From: Schizochytrium sp. TIO01
Taxonomy: Eukaryota > Protista > Bigyra: Labyrinthulomycetes
Assembly: GCA_004764695.1 (NCBI GenBank)
Contig: SMSO01000036.1
Coordinates: 186,001 to 250,000, forward strand
Direction of reading: 5' to 3'
Length of the DNA stretch: 64,000 nucleotides
Below are positions 11,149-23,799 of the stretch, one piece after another. Below the pieces are notes generated by a model, which was not told the origin of the DNA, made no database searches, and saw only the letters and a program-made list of their open reading frames with translations. Within the stretch, counting starts at the first letter, position 1, and the number at the start of each line of letters is the position of its first letter. A program made the position numbers and the translations under genes.

Positions 11149-13308
11149 ATGGATCTAGCAAAGTATAAGGAGCTTGTGGAGCCGGGTACAAAGGCCAGCT
11201 GGAAAAGCGGAGGTACGGCTGGAGAACTCCCCGCAGAAAGAGCGCAGGCTAGCTTTGAGGTTGAAAAAATGACGAATTTCATTGATGGGGGGTTGAAGCA
11301 GACACTGCAAAGGCGCTGGATTACTGGATCGACGGAGGAAATGGAGAACTCTGCCAGCCACGACCGCTCACGTGGTGGAAAGAAAGGAGCGCTTGCCAAG
11401 AACTTCAGGGACTTTATGACTATTCACAAAAAGCACCTCGACCGTTTCTACACACCCAAGGGCAAGGACATGATGTACATGAGCATGGGTCAAGTTGGTG
11501 GCGGGTACCCTGGTTTTGGTCTCTTTCTAGCTACAATTGTTGGACAAAGTTCTGCAGAGCAAATGAGCTGGTGGCTTCCTCGTACATATACCATGGGAGT
11601 TACAGGATCTTATTCGCAGACTGAGCTTGGCACCGGAAGTAATGTGCGCGGCCTTTGCACCACAGCAGTCTATGACAAAACGACACAGGAATTTGTACTC
11701 AACACTCCTACCTTGGCGTCTATGAAATGGTGGCCAAGTTCTCTAACTACGTCGACACATACTGTCCTATATGCACAGCTCATAATTGACAACAAAGAGT
11801 ATGGGGTTCATCCGTTCTTTATGCAGGTGCGTGATGAAAATCTCGATCCGCTGCCTGGAATCGAGCTTTATGATCTTGGAACCAAGGTTGGAGAAAATGA
11901 GGTCGATATTGGCCTTATGCGCCTTCGTGATGTGCGTATCCCGCGCCGCCACCTTTTTGAAAAACGGCAGCATGTAGAACCAGATGGCACCTACGTAAAG
12001 CATGATCTTGGTGATACCAAGGAAAACTCAGGCAAAGGTCATTACCTTACCATGGTCACGGCACGTGTAGGTCTTGTGTCTACCGCGTGTGTGTTTTTGT
12101 CCAAAGGTGCAACTATTGCAATCCGTTATAGTTGTGTGCGGCGGCAAGGTTTTGTTGATTCTTCGAAGGGACAGACCTACAAGGCTGAGCAAAACAAAAT
12201 TATTGATTACAACATGAATCGCTTTGTCCTTCTGCGTAACCTGGCCTTAGCCTTTGCTATTCGCTTCACGAGCAATTGGCTTTCTGATTGCCTTGATGCA
12301 ATGCAAAACAGGCCGGAGGAGGCCACTGTTGATATTGCCGAGCTTCATGCCTCTGCAGCAGGGCTCAAGGGTTACTGTTGCAATGCCACAGCCCTTGGTC
12401 TCGAGGAACTCCGCAAGGCTTGTGGCGGTGCAGGTTATCTCAAAGCGAGTGGCATCGCTGCTCTTGAGGCAGACTACAAATGGCGAGCTACTGCAGAGGG
12501 CGACACAAACGTGATGCAGCTTGAGACTGCGAAATATCTTATGAGAGCCTATGATCGCGTGGTGAAAGAGCAAGAGCAACTTACAGGCCTCTCCAGCGCT
12601 CTCAATGTCTTGCGAGATCACACCTGGGACCCCGCCCGGTGCAGGCCCCAATCCCCTTCAAGCATTCAAGAGCTCTTGTCAGTTGACACTCTCTTAGAAT
12701 GGTTTCGCTATCGGGCTGTGGTGCAGGTTAAGCTAACCAAACAGTCTCTTGATGCGCAAATTCAAGCAGGGTCCACTTTTAATGAAGCATGGAAGTCCCT
12801 TACCCTTCGAGCCATTTACACAGGACAGTCCTACGTTTTGTACTTCATGCTTTCCAAATTCTCGGAGGTAATCAAATCATGTGAGGATCAGGCCTGCCAG
12901 CTCGTACTACAACGCCTTTGTGTGCTTTTTGCACTGAGTGATATGATCGATGGCCGCCAATGGCACGGGCTTTTTGATATCACCATGGCGACCTTTGTCG
13001 AAGAGGCATGTTCGAGTGTCTGCGCAGAGCTTCGCCCCGATGCTATTGCGCTTGTCGATGCATGGGATTACACTGATGCTGCTCTAGGCTCTACGATTGG
13101 CGCCAGAGATGGTAATATTTATGAGCGCCAGTATATTGCGGCACTTGAAAGTGAGGTCAATCAAAGCGGTCAACGTCCGGAGTTCCTTGATGTCATTGCA
13201 GAGTTTGTGGATCACGATTTTCTTAAATTGCACAATAAGCCTGACCCTTCATGCGATCCCGACGATACCTCTTCGTACCCCGCACCTCTTCACCAAAGCA
13301 AAATTTAG
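11149..13308 (+). CDS. ACOX: Peroxisomal acyl-CoA oxidase
   Basis: YSQTELGTGSNVRGL.TTAVYD, EFVLNTP, KWWP, GATIAIRYS.VRRQ, E.LRKACGGAGY, TAEGD.NVM and LRPDAIALVDAWD motifs. C-terminal PTS1-like SKI. Confidence 0.96.
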   Translation: MDLAKYKELVEPGTKASWKSGGTAGELPAERAQASFEVEKMTNFIDGGLKQTLQRRWITGSTEEMENSASHDRSRGGKKGALAKNFRDFMTIHKKHLDRFYTPKGKDMMYMSMGQVGGGYPGFGLFLATIVGQSSAEQMSWWLPRTYTMGVTGSYSQTELGTGSNVRGLCTTAVYDKTTQEFVLNTPTLASMKWWPSSLTTSTHTVLYAQLIIDNKEYGVHPFFMQVRDENLDPLPGIELYDLGTKVGENEVDIGLMRLRDVRIPRRHLFEKRQHVEPDGTYVKHDLGDTKENSGKGHYLTMVTARVGLVSTACVFLSKGATIAIRYSCVRRQGFVDSSKGQTYKAEQNKIIDYNMNRFVLLRNLALAFAIRFTSNWLSDCLDAMQNRPEEATVDIAELHASAAGLKGYCCNATALGLEELRKACGGAGYLKASGIAALEADYKWRATAEGDTNVMQLETAKYLMRAYDRVVKEQEQLTGLSSALNVLRDHTWDPARCRPQSPSSIQELLSVDTLLEWFRYRAVVQVKLTKQSLDAQIQAGSTFNEAWKSLTLRAIYTGQSYVLYFMLSKFSEVIKSCEDQACQLVLQRLCVLFALSDMIDGRQWHGLFDITMATFVEEACSSVCAELRPDAIALVDAWDYTDAALGSTIGARDGNIYERQYIAALESEVNQSGQRPEFLDVIAEFVDHDFLKLHNKPDPSCDPDDTSSYPAPLHQSKI

Positions 13309-14818
13309 AACCCGAGCCAACTTTTTACTTTCGCTAAATTAAAATTGTCAAGTCAATCATTTCATTTTGTTATTTTATCTATATGCATCTCATCTCGGAA
13401 CTCTCCAAGACTGCTCTCACGTGAGATAATAACAACCATCAGAGTCGAAAATGCATGTGTCATTGATGCAAGATTCCTTTTGCGATAGATGTGTTAATGG
13501 GTTGTGGGTGTGGGTTGCGGGTTGCGCGGTGCTGTAGACGCGTGCTGGTGGGATTTTGAGCAGCTGCTCTAATGCCTTGGGTTGTTTAAGCATTTCTCGG
13601 GAGCGAGCTGAGGTACCGTGCTGAGGAGCTGGATTTAGAGCTGGTGGCCTTTGAATTGACCTTGCGGCTTTTGTATTGCTCAACTGTTGTCTTTATGTTG
13701 CTTTACAATGTCAGGGTTGGTCGCTAAGAATGCTTGTTTGTAAGCTTGGAAGTCTGTGTCAGAGTGTTTCTGAGTACAGTTTTGGTTAAGACGTGCTTTG
13801 TCTTGGTTCCATGTGAGGAAGTCATGGTGTTTTTTGCATGCTGGACAGGTGTCAGTGTTAGATGACGCGTTGTGAAGGTATGTGCCCTTTGCCGGTCGCG
13901 ATGCCGGTGCGCCTCCGTGTAAAGGCTTTCTTGGAGTTGCTCTTTGTTCTCGTTGTTGATACCCGATGAGATAACCATGTTGAGCGATGGATTGTTTACC
14001 ACTCCGTCTCTTTATAAGACCGAGACGCAGTTTATAAACTGTCGTGACCCCTGGTCAACTGAAAGGCAATCGCGGGAAAGAAAGGAATCCGTAGGAGGAT
14101 AGGCTAGCCTTCAGAAGGGTGAACGAAGAGGATGCCTGCGTGGAGCGCCGTCGCAACTCTTTGAGAAAACTGAGCTTGTGAATAATTTAGGTAATTTAAG
14201 CGGGGCGGTGCCACCCTGGTGGCTATGAGTAGCCAGGGGTTTTGGGTTTGCTTACCTGTAAGGCTTCTTACTTAAGAGGTGTGCGATTGATTTCCTTGTT
14301 GCACAAAAGCGTGCACGATAGGAGGACGTCTTTTATGTCTAAAAGATTTCAATTAAAAGGTTTTCTTTTTACTTTTCTTTTTAGTTAGAAAGTTAAAGAG
14401 ATTTCTAGCTTGAAATGAGCGAAAGTTTTCTCTTTTATCTTTTTTACTTGATATAGAATGTTGGGGCAGATACATTCATTAGGCAGCTTGCATAGAAATA
14501 GCCTAGAGGGCCAGGACAGTATTACTGCTAGACTAAAGTATCAGTTGTGCCCAACGGCAGTTCATGTCTGCGGACCCCAACTACTTTGGCAAAACCAAAT
14601 AGGCATACGCATCGCGTATAGGATCGCGCAGCCTATCATTGTCATAGCTCCCGCGTTTTGCAAGGCAAGGGTATGAAAAGCACTTACCTAAGTTTGCATA
14701 ATAGTGAAGGAGGCACACCGCGCCCGCGCTACGCAAGCGCTGTTCTTGAGCAGTGGCTGCAGGCAAGAATCACGGTATATAGAAAGGCGAAGTTTTAGTG
14801 AAAAATAGGGTTCCTATA

Positions 14819-17598
14819 ATGCCGGCTCGATCATCATCGACGAGAAAACACTTCTCGCCAATCACTCTTCTGGCCATAGTATACACAATCAATATCATCT
14901 GTGTTTTACCAAGTACTGCCAAATGTACGAATGAAGGCATATGTGGCCTCGTTCCTACTACGTTATGCGAGGGCAAAGTGTCCAAGGCGGAAGCAGAAGA
15001 TCTCTGTGCATCATATGGTGGTAGATTATGTACCTCAACAGAGCTTAAAAAGCAAAGGCTTGTGAAACGAGAACTCAAGTCTTTCTCCTGTCAGGCTGAT
15101 GACACCAATTTCCTCAAAGAGTATCTTTGGACTTCAACAAGTTGTACTAAGAATGGGAATCAAGGCAGCTACATATATCGATACAAAAGGAGCAAGAAAC
15201 TTCAATGTGAAGTTGACACCGACACGACTTATAACTATTTCGCTTGTTGCGGAGAGAAAGATGATTTGAACGAAAAATCGGATAGCGTTACTGAGGATGA
15301 TGGTACGACTGAAGACACGTGCGCAAGCATACAATATAGTCGCTCTGCGTGTCAATCAAATCCACTTTGTGTGTATTATTTTGACACGTCGCCAAGTTCA
15401 GGAAAAGCGTATGGTTGTCATGCAGCACTAAGTTTTTGTGAATTTGAAACATTTGACCAATGCCAATCTCGTTGCAATATATGGAGATGTGAATGGGTCA
15501 ATGGGTCCTGCAAGACAAGGAATGCCACATACCCTTCTGTCTCTTACGATGCGAATCTTGAAGATGAGAGCAACTCACAATGTGCCATTCTTGGTCTAGG
15601 TGAAACTGTTGAAGCTGCTGCAAGTGCCTGTAATAACAATACAGGATGTAAGTTTCTTTGCGACCGTTGTCGTGCAGCACCCCAAGCCCAAGCGGCCTCT
15701 GAATCCAGCTCCCAGAGTAAACCAAACATAATTTGGAGCGTTGCTGATGATCTAGTAAGTTTAACCGCGCAGAATGGCCGCCAAACGCTATTCGGAGGAA
15801 TAAAACAATCGCGACTAACAGCTGCCTTTTCTTTTGGTTCTTTTCTTTTTGAACTTTTATGGGAAAACCTTGTGAAATATCGTCATAACAGGGATGGAAT
15901 GATATAGGCTACCACAACAACGCATTTAGTACTCCGACTTTGGACAAATTGGCTGGAGATGGGGTGAAGCTAGATCGTCATTATCAATATAGATTCTGCT
16001 CTCCATCGAGGTCTATGATGTTGACAGGGACTTTTCCATGGCGGTACGGTCAACAAACTGATATTAACTTGAACCCTTATGATTCCTTACGATGTGGATT
16101 ACAAGAGGAAATGACAATGCTGCCTGAGCTCTTGAAAAGCGCTGGATATGCTACACACATGGTTGGCAAGTGGCATTTGGGCCATTTCCAAACCAAGTTT
16201 ATTCCTACTAACCGAGGCTTTGACTCCTTTGTGGGATATTTTGGAGGTGTGCAAGGTGTTACAGTAGATGATCGTGAAGTATTTCAAGCAACACGGTGTT
16301 CATGCCCGGCAAATAATGCCTTGACTACTTGTAAATGGAGCAAGTTCACTAACTGCGCCACAGCACGGCAGCTCTTCAATGCATCATCAAATTCCGCGCT
16401 GACCTCTGTTCCTAGAGCTTCATACGCAGAAGACTATGACTACGGAGATATTTTTCTTGCTTCTGAAGCGGCTCGGGTCATTCGAGCTCATGATCAGTCA
16501 AGTGGCCCATTTTTCCTCTATGCTGCCTGGGATTCACCCCATGATCCACATGAATCCCCTGAGCGCTTTCAAGCAACAAGCACTATTAAAAATAACACAT
16601 GTGCGCAAAGAACTCGACGTAAGGTGGCAGGGATGGCAAATGCTCTAGACACTGCGAATGGAATGATTCTTGAAGCTCTAAAAGAAACAGGCATGTGGGA
16701 GAATACTCTCTTTGTGTTTGCAAGTGATAATGGAGGTCACAATAAAGGCCGCAATCACACGTATTGCCCATCGTCTTACGACGAACAAGTCGCCGCAAAC
16801 AACTATCCTTTGCGAGGATCCAAGTTCACATTCTGGGAGGGTGGTATCCGCACGGCTGCATTTGTGGCGGGAGGATCTAATATACTTCCTTCGGCCGTTC
16901 GTGGAACGGTATATCAGGGTTTGATTTCCTCGGCAGATTGGTTTAGCACTTTTTTGAGCGCTGCTGGAGTGGAGTCCAAGCAAACTCAAGATGGCGCAGA
17001 TAGTGTGGACCATTGGGCGACTCTTACATCAAAAAAATCTATTGCTGCATCATCATCTGCACGAACAGAGTTACCTGTGCAGGTTTGGGGGGATGCAGAG
17101 CGCTACGTTTTCATAGCACAGGTAGAGGGAAGCTTGATTAAACTGCTGAGGGGCTATCCTGGATATCTCAATGGGATGGAATGGCTCCGCCCGTCCAAGT
17201 CAAAACGCCAAAATAACGATTGGGATTCGATTCACATTCCGATTGAACTTGACACAGAGAGTGATTCTGAAGCGCTTGTCCTAGAGGCGGCACAAAGCTT
17301 CAAGTGCGAAAGCGCCCCCTGTCTGTTCAATCTTACTGGAGATCCAAGCGAAACAACGAATTTGAACGGAAATGCCGACCTGCTTGCTCGCATGGAGATT
17401 CTCCTAGAGCCCTACTTATCTTCAGAACTCTCTTTCGAGAATTCTGGGTTGTGCGCATTTCAGAAAAAGTTTCTTGCGTATGACACACGAGCTATCTCGC
17501 AAGCTCGTCGTTGCGGATCCTTTGCACCTTGGCTTCAGGCAGACGGAAGTACTACCGCTCTTCTCGCTTGCCCAGCATTAAGTGCTACAATCTCTTAA
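14819..17598 (+). CDS. Secreted arylsulfatase (ARSB-like) with Cys-rich N-terminal modules; exons 14819-15754 and 15892-17598
   Basis: Intron GTAAGT(15755)...ATAACAG(15891) joins PNIIWSVADDL|GWNDIGYH in frame. Formylglycine motif CSPSR, plus GKWHLG, RGFD, SDNGG and PLRGSK.TFWEGG. Hydrophobic signal peptide. Confidence 0.94.
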
Positions 17599-19414
17599 AT
17601 TTAGTGAAAATAAATGTCGGTATCTACTTTTAGTATATCCTCTGTAGGACATAAATGTTGTACTCTGGAACTTCAGTTGCTAATGTGTTGTAGAGAGCAC
17701 TCTAGTTCTTCGTCTAGACCTCTACGCCCGGGACCATTGCAAATATTACGAGCCATTTGAGGTACCTACTATTGTTCTTTGACTTTGCAAACATAAATTT
17801 AGTCTCAACTAGAGAGCACACCACGATTTGGTACGACTTCAAGTCATGGAATTAATTGAATTAATTGAAGCAAAAGTTTTGCTGCGATCAGTACATCTCT
17901 GGTTGGCGCAACTGCACGAGACTCCGCGACCTTGCAGGCTTGCTGTGGTTTTGCTATTTGCATAATGTTATATCAAGTGCGCCCTATTCGCTTGCATCTG
18001 CGTACTGGATACTCGGTTCTACACTGATGCAGCACTTCGTATTTTCGTCATTTGCTTTGGCCAGCCACCACGCCGCATCGGACTTCATTCGCGCATCAGC
18101 CGACTTTCACCATCGCCATCCTTCGCCACATCACCTTAACTCATCGCCTCAGCAAACTTGTCCAAATCAGCGGTGCTTCATTTTCGACCGCCTCCTTAGT
18201 CCCAAGTTCGCTCGTCCCAAGCCGTTAAGAGGTTTTCTGCTTTTCAACAAAAAAAACAACAACCACCACACAGCGTCTGCTCTCTTCAGACCACGTTATC
18301 CGTCGTGCGATTCTCATCCTCGGCCTCGTCTTCTGTTTCTCCAAAGTGCTCAAGAGCAGCACATTCGCACTCCTCGAGCGATCGCCGCGTTTTCCACATC
18401 GACACACACCACTTTCTATGAACTAAATACTTTCGTTTCGGGTCTCCACGTTATTGCAAATAAGTTCTTTCATGAGTGAAACCAATCCATATATTTCATA
18501 ATAGTACCCTCACTATACTATGAATGAATGGGTCGCTCCTACTGCTACTGCTAACTAATTCTACTCCCCACAGTAACTACCCACAGACTTTGAGCCTTCC
18601 ATTAACGAGTATGAAAGGCCTCGCTGTCCCCTCGATTTCGATTTGGTCTTCAACTTCATCTTCAACTTCAACTTCATCTTCATCTTCGTGCGCAGAAGAT
18701 AGCGGACGATCTACAGCACCGCCCATGGGCCCATATATGCCCTCCCCCCGCCCGCCTCCGGCTAACCCCGACGGCCTCCGTTCACAGACGAAGAGACGGA
18801 AATTACGATTCTCCTCTTTTATTTTCTGCCCCTTTCTTGTGATATGTTTATTTCTTTTTAATTAAAAAGTTAGAAAATTGAAATGATACTCTTTTTTTCT
18901 TCCTCAGGAAGCGTTTAAGAGGGCTATTTTAAAAAGAGGCCTAAGAGAGAAAGAACGGATTAGAACGATGCCTACGGGAATGCGTGGGAAGAGGGATAGG
19001 CGTTCCTCGGAGCTTCAGAACAAAGTTCGATACTCTCGCACTGAGTCGCGCCCGCCCGCTCCAAGGACCTCGGCAAACCACATTCGAGTTGACTGCGAAC
19101 ACCACTCGTGGATACCAGTCGCTGCCAGGAGGTCGTTGACGCTGCCAGATTGCCAGATCTTGGTTGCCCAGCCCCGAGTCTGTCTCTGTCGCAGAGTCCC
19201 AGAATTGCCGTACTTGAGCCCGGGATCTGAAGATCTCCGGTCTGCGTCATTCTAAATAGAATAGAGAAGGACCTTGAAACGATAGGTTTGCAACGTCGAA
19301 CGCCGTGCCGTTTAGTCTTTGGCGGAGAGTCTTTGTAGTGAACTTCGCAGTGGGCTTGCTGCTTACCCTTTGGTGAGCGGCATCGAGTGAGTTTCTCTTT
19401 GGAGGACTTTGAGA

Positions 19415-20323
19415 ATGACAGCACGAACTGGACCTGAAGAACATGTTCCGGAGGCAAAGCCCCTTCGCCGCAAAGAAGCACGTCCTGGCGCAGGCGCTTT
19501 CGCGTGCGTGTCTGCTGTTCTTGCTGCATTTGCAGCTTTATCTTCGTCGATGCTGGTGTCCACTACAAGCTCAGAACAATACTCTATGGGCGCATTCGAA
19601 GTATCTAGCGTGAGACTTGCTGCCACGTCTAACAGTGGCAACATCGTCGTAGTCAGCGGTACGTCAACTTTTCGTTCTGTCGGAGACACTGCCTGCGTTG
19701 ACGAGACTGTGAATGTCACGATTGCTGGAACGGGAACAACGCTTGTTGTAAATAACTATCAGGATTGGGGTCATAGGTACGGGTTCTGCGATGAGCCTGG
19801 GAGTTCTGCACAGGTTCCACTTGAAGCGAGCCTCATCGAGGCTTTCGTTATCCTGCTTGTTTTGTTTGCTCTCACTAGTACGCTGCTTCTCTGCGGAACT
19901 TTCTCATTTAAGCGCCGCTCGCGCCCGTTCTCTATTGCTTCAATTACGTCCGCGTGTGGTGGATTATGTGGCGTGGTCGCCCTTGCAGAAATTGCAACAT
20001 GGACTTACACATCAGACCTTCGGGCTGGCATTGCTTGGATGCCTGTGCAAGTTGGGGAGAATATGTACGCCTTGGAGACCCAATCATCGTTCTCCTTTGG
20101 TACAGGTTTTGTTGGACTCGTTGCTTCTACAATTTTGGCATTTGTGACGGCGTTCTATGCTCTGTGTGTCCGCAATGATTTGCGCCGTGACTTCGCTGAT
20201 GAAGAGGACGTCCTCCCCCCGATTCCTGGTCTAGATTACGATAGTCGACGTGATTCTATGTATGACTTTACAGATGATGTTAAGTCTCCTACTCACCGTA
20301 ACTCATCGCTCTCTGTGGTCTAA
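19415..20323 (+). CDS. Tetraspan membrane protein (claudin/SUR7/amastin-like topology)
   Basis: Four hydrophobic segments, a large first loop with two Cys, FGTGF before TM4 and an acidic cytoplasmic tail. Confidence 0.7.
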   Translation: MTARTGPEEHVPEAKPLRRKEARPGAGAFACVSAVLAAFAALSSSMLVSTTSSEQYSMGAFEVSSVRLAATSNSGNIVVVSGTSTFRSVGDTACVDETVNVTIAGTGTTLVVNNYQDWGHRYGFCDEPGSSAQVPLEASLIEAFVILLVLFALTSTLLLCGTFSFKRRSRPFSIASITSACGGLCGVVALAEIATWTYTSDLRAGIAWMPVQVGENMYALETQSSFSFGTGFVGLVASTILAFVTAFYALCVRNDLRRDFADEEDVLPPIPGLDYDSRRDSMYDFTDDVKSPTHRNSSLSVV

Positions 20324-21116
20324 ATCGTTTAAACGCTTTCTCTGCGCATCGTGCCCTTGTTGTGCGCACACAGAAGCGGACGTCACCAAAGATTTTATAC
20401 AAACATGATACTTTCGTAACATGTTTCTGACTCTTGACAAGAGTTAAGTAGTCTTTCTATGAGATGCCGCGCCTGCCCTTAACATGCATCCATCAAACAA
20501 CTATCTGGGTCGAACTAATAGCATTCTTCACTTGCAATACGGGATTTTATTTTTTCTAAATGCTACTAAAAATCCCCCTTTTAATGTAAACGACCCCGAT
20601 TCTTTGTAAATCATATCTTTCATCTATTTCTATAAAGTATACCATCAAAGTCATTATGTGTGCTATAAATCTCCTTTGTTCTTGCTTATAAGTTATTAAA
20701 CCGGGTTTAAAGAAGAAAAGTTATAATGAGTAATAAGTCTGCTGTCTCAGAGTTATTGAGCGAACTTAATTGTAATTTGGATGCTCCTTTCCCCGTGGTG
20801 TTCAGTTACTTCTACAGGTTAAAAGAAAAAAATATATATATTTCGTTAGTAAGTCTCTTGCAAGAAGCAGGTTCAATTGACGAATTTGATAGAAATAGAT
20901 CGTTTCAAGTGGGTAAGCCAGAACTTCCTTGGGCTCATTTCGTGCCAAGCACAGGCCTTTGCTATAGCATTACATCAGGAATACTTATTTGCACTTATTT
21001 TTTGTTCAAAAAATTTAACAATAGAAACGAACGCACTCCTGCAGACGAAATATCTCCACCAGTTTTCAGGTGCCTATATGCTCGCTCCCCTTGAGGAGTG
21101 AGGCAGTGGAACCTGA

Positions 21117-21304
21117 GTGATCATTTTGATTCGTATAGAGCGCAGACTACGAAAGTTATCCTTAGTTAGGCTTTCCCTAGTTATAATGGTCCACAGGTTG
21201 TTTATGTCATGTGATCATTTTGATTCGTATAGAGCGCAGACTACGAAAGTTATCCTTAGTTAGGCTTTCCCTAGTTATAATGGTCCACAGGTTGTTTATG
21301 TCAT
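21117..21304. repeat. Perfect 94-bp tandem duplication (2 copies)
   Basis: GTGATCATTTTGATTCGTATAGAGCG...GTTTATGTCAT occurs at 21117-21210 and 21211-21304. Confidence 0.97.
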
Positions 21305-21392
21305 GTGACCATTTTCGGGCTCTTCGTTGAGAAAGTGTTGTCTAACTAAACTCTAGAATATCAACGAGATCGAGGAGTCCTAAGATGCGAAA

Positions 21393-21830
21393 ATGCTAGT
21401 TAAAGTCGAAAAACTTAACGGAGGAAATTCAATCAAGTGGAACAAAGGGGTCTCGAAAATCGAGAGTAGGCTACATATGACATCTCAACGAGAAACAAAT
21501 CTGAGTGCAGATCTAAATAGCAGGTAAGAGCATTGGGAATGAACAAGACCCTCAAGGAGTAACAATGTGATGCCAAATTTCCGATGAAAACAAATTACAC
21601 TTCTTTAATAGGCACTTGTCTCAATTAAAATGGTGACTTGTTGCATCAGAAACCACGAAAGACTTCATTTTTTATTCGGGAAAATGGGAAACAAAGGGTC
21701 TATATTTGAAGTGCAAGGGCTTCATCGATGAAGCAAAACAAATCATATCAACAATTTACGAAGCTAGTAAGGAGATACTAGAAGTGCAATGTCTACTACG
21801 CCTTGGTGTCATGGTTTTTAATCTACAATA
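21393..21830 (+). mobile_element. Possible decayed Ty1/Copia gag fragment
   Basis: Broken frames read MLVKVEKLNGGNSIKW (like the Copia Gag N-terminal KL.G.NY..W) and FYSGKW...FIDEAKQIISTIYEASKEI. Confidence 0.3.
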
Positions 21831-21964
21831 AATTTCTCAGAATGAGCACAAATGTGCATACGCCAACAGTACGACAAGGACAAGCGTGGACTTTTCAGAA
21901 GGAAACTCGATGTTGATATTCGACCCAAAATTAAGCAAAAGGTGATAAAACAAGTTTAAATTCT

Positions 21965-22690
21965 GCCCACTTCCAACGTAGCATAGAGCCGATTAAGCCG
22001 TACACGGTTAGCTGATTCTGTATTTACAAAATCCCCTGGTACCGAATAATGTTTTCCATTTTGTGTGGGCATTTTATTTTGTATAGTCATTTTCAGCCAC
22101 CCAGGTTTGCAAGTACCCAGGTACACTTCGCCAAAATGTCAAAGGCCAATAATACCTGGCAAGCTTGGACCTTCGTTTTGGACAGCAGGTGGACTCGCTG
22201 TGGGACTGAAACACCGCCGTCGTCCAGGAGATGATTCATTGACTTCCACATAAACTTGGTGATTCTTTCATGTCCCTAGGGAGTGTGTTCACAATGTATG
22301 TTCTAATTCTGGTGTCTACTATCATCTCTAACTTTTTTCCTCCATTTTTTTTTTCCTTTCCAAAGGGACAATGAGGACTCGGATCATGTCGTACCCTACA
22401 GTGGGAAGTAACAAAGAAAGCTGCTCAAAAGAAACAGAGCACACCATAAATTAAACATAGTCTTTTCCACATACTTGCGTCATTTGACTGTTTTGATCTC
22501 ATCTTTAAAAAAAAAAATTAATAATAATAATAATAAAACATAATTCTGAGAGGAGTTGTATGGTTTTCAGATGATCAGTGTAGAAATCCAGCAGAATGCC
22601 AAGGAAATTTTCAACAAGATAATCCTCGACTTCAAAGGATTGTCGCAACTTATTAAAAGGTCCTAGCACCCTGGTTGGACCAGGACTCAC
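21965..22690 (-). mobile_element. Decayed Ty1/Copia pol (RT/RNase H) remnant
   Basis: Minus-strand fragments in the expected order: KLRQSFEVEDYLVENFLGILLDF, GIIGL*H-fs-LAKCT, MENIIRYQG, LTVY, GSMLRWK. Confidence 0.55.
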
Positions 22691-23799
22691 GAAGGTTCAA
22701 CTCTATTCTTTTAGAAACTCTAGCATGTAAACAAAAAATTATCCGACACAAAGGACTGAGAATCTGCGATGACAGCATAGATTTCACTTTCTCGAACTAA
22801 ACAAGGCAGAATATTCGTTGATGAACACAATATTAGGCTAGGCAAAATCAAGGGGGAAACAAGTAGGCCAGGTACATCTGGTGGCGCATTCCGCATTCTA
22901 CTCTATTCTGAATCTTTGAGACGATTGAATTTAACCATAACCCTGAATTTTATACATTAGCTTCTTACGTTGGGAACAGACACGCTAAAAGAGGAAGATA
23001 AATAAAGAGAACAGAAAGAGCCTCTGGGACCCTGGGCGTAACAAACGAGGAGAAAGTTGGCGATATTGTTCAAATATGTGGCGCTTAGTTACACGATGTG
23101 GTTTCGTTGAATATCTTGTAAATTTGTCGATTTACTATTGATTATGTCGCAAAAGGAACCTTGTACACGAGGGGGGCTCGCAGAGGAAAAGTCGATCTAT
23201 ACTTCGAATTTTCTATTTCACCTCACCTTGTGCTAGAGTAAGGTCCCATAGAACGATCAGAGTAGACAATACATACAATAATACATTATACAGATAACTA
23301 CGTCTTTCATTGACGACAGTACAATTATTGTGACCCCAGCGTCGTCGTCGTCGCAATAAACCAGCCTTCTATATGGTACTCCCTCACTTGGGAAAGCCGA
23401 AAAATAGTAAGTACATCACTCCTGTTGTTAAAAATGGTCTCCATTTTTGCGAGCCGCCGAGGAACTCCTTGTTGCCGGCGTGATTTAAATGCGCCCCCAA
23501 ACTTATCACTTCAACTGCGCAAAGGTACGAAGCTTACTCCATTGGCGTCGCTTTGTCCTTTCCCCACCGACTCCAGCCATGAAATTCTGATGGGCGCGGC
23601 CTTGCCCCAGTTCGCTTCAAAATCTACTACCTATTTATTAATTTGTCCAGAACCAGAACAGCATGAATTATTTCATGGGGATCTCCAGGCTTTGTCCAAG
23701 CTTTAAAAGCTCCTCGCAGTAGGCCATCTTTTCGAGTTTTCATATCATCCTCGTTAGCTGGACAAAGATAACCTTGAACCCCTGACGCTGACTATGAGC

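Noticed and set aside
17865-18865. 204-aa and 113-aa plus-strand ORFs
   Set aside because: Low-complexity, no recognisable motifs; look like the promoter/leader of the 19.4 kb gene.
21117-21304. Possible CRISPR-like repeat
   Set aside because: Two abutting copies with no spacers, in eukaryotic DNA.
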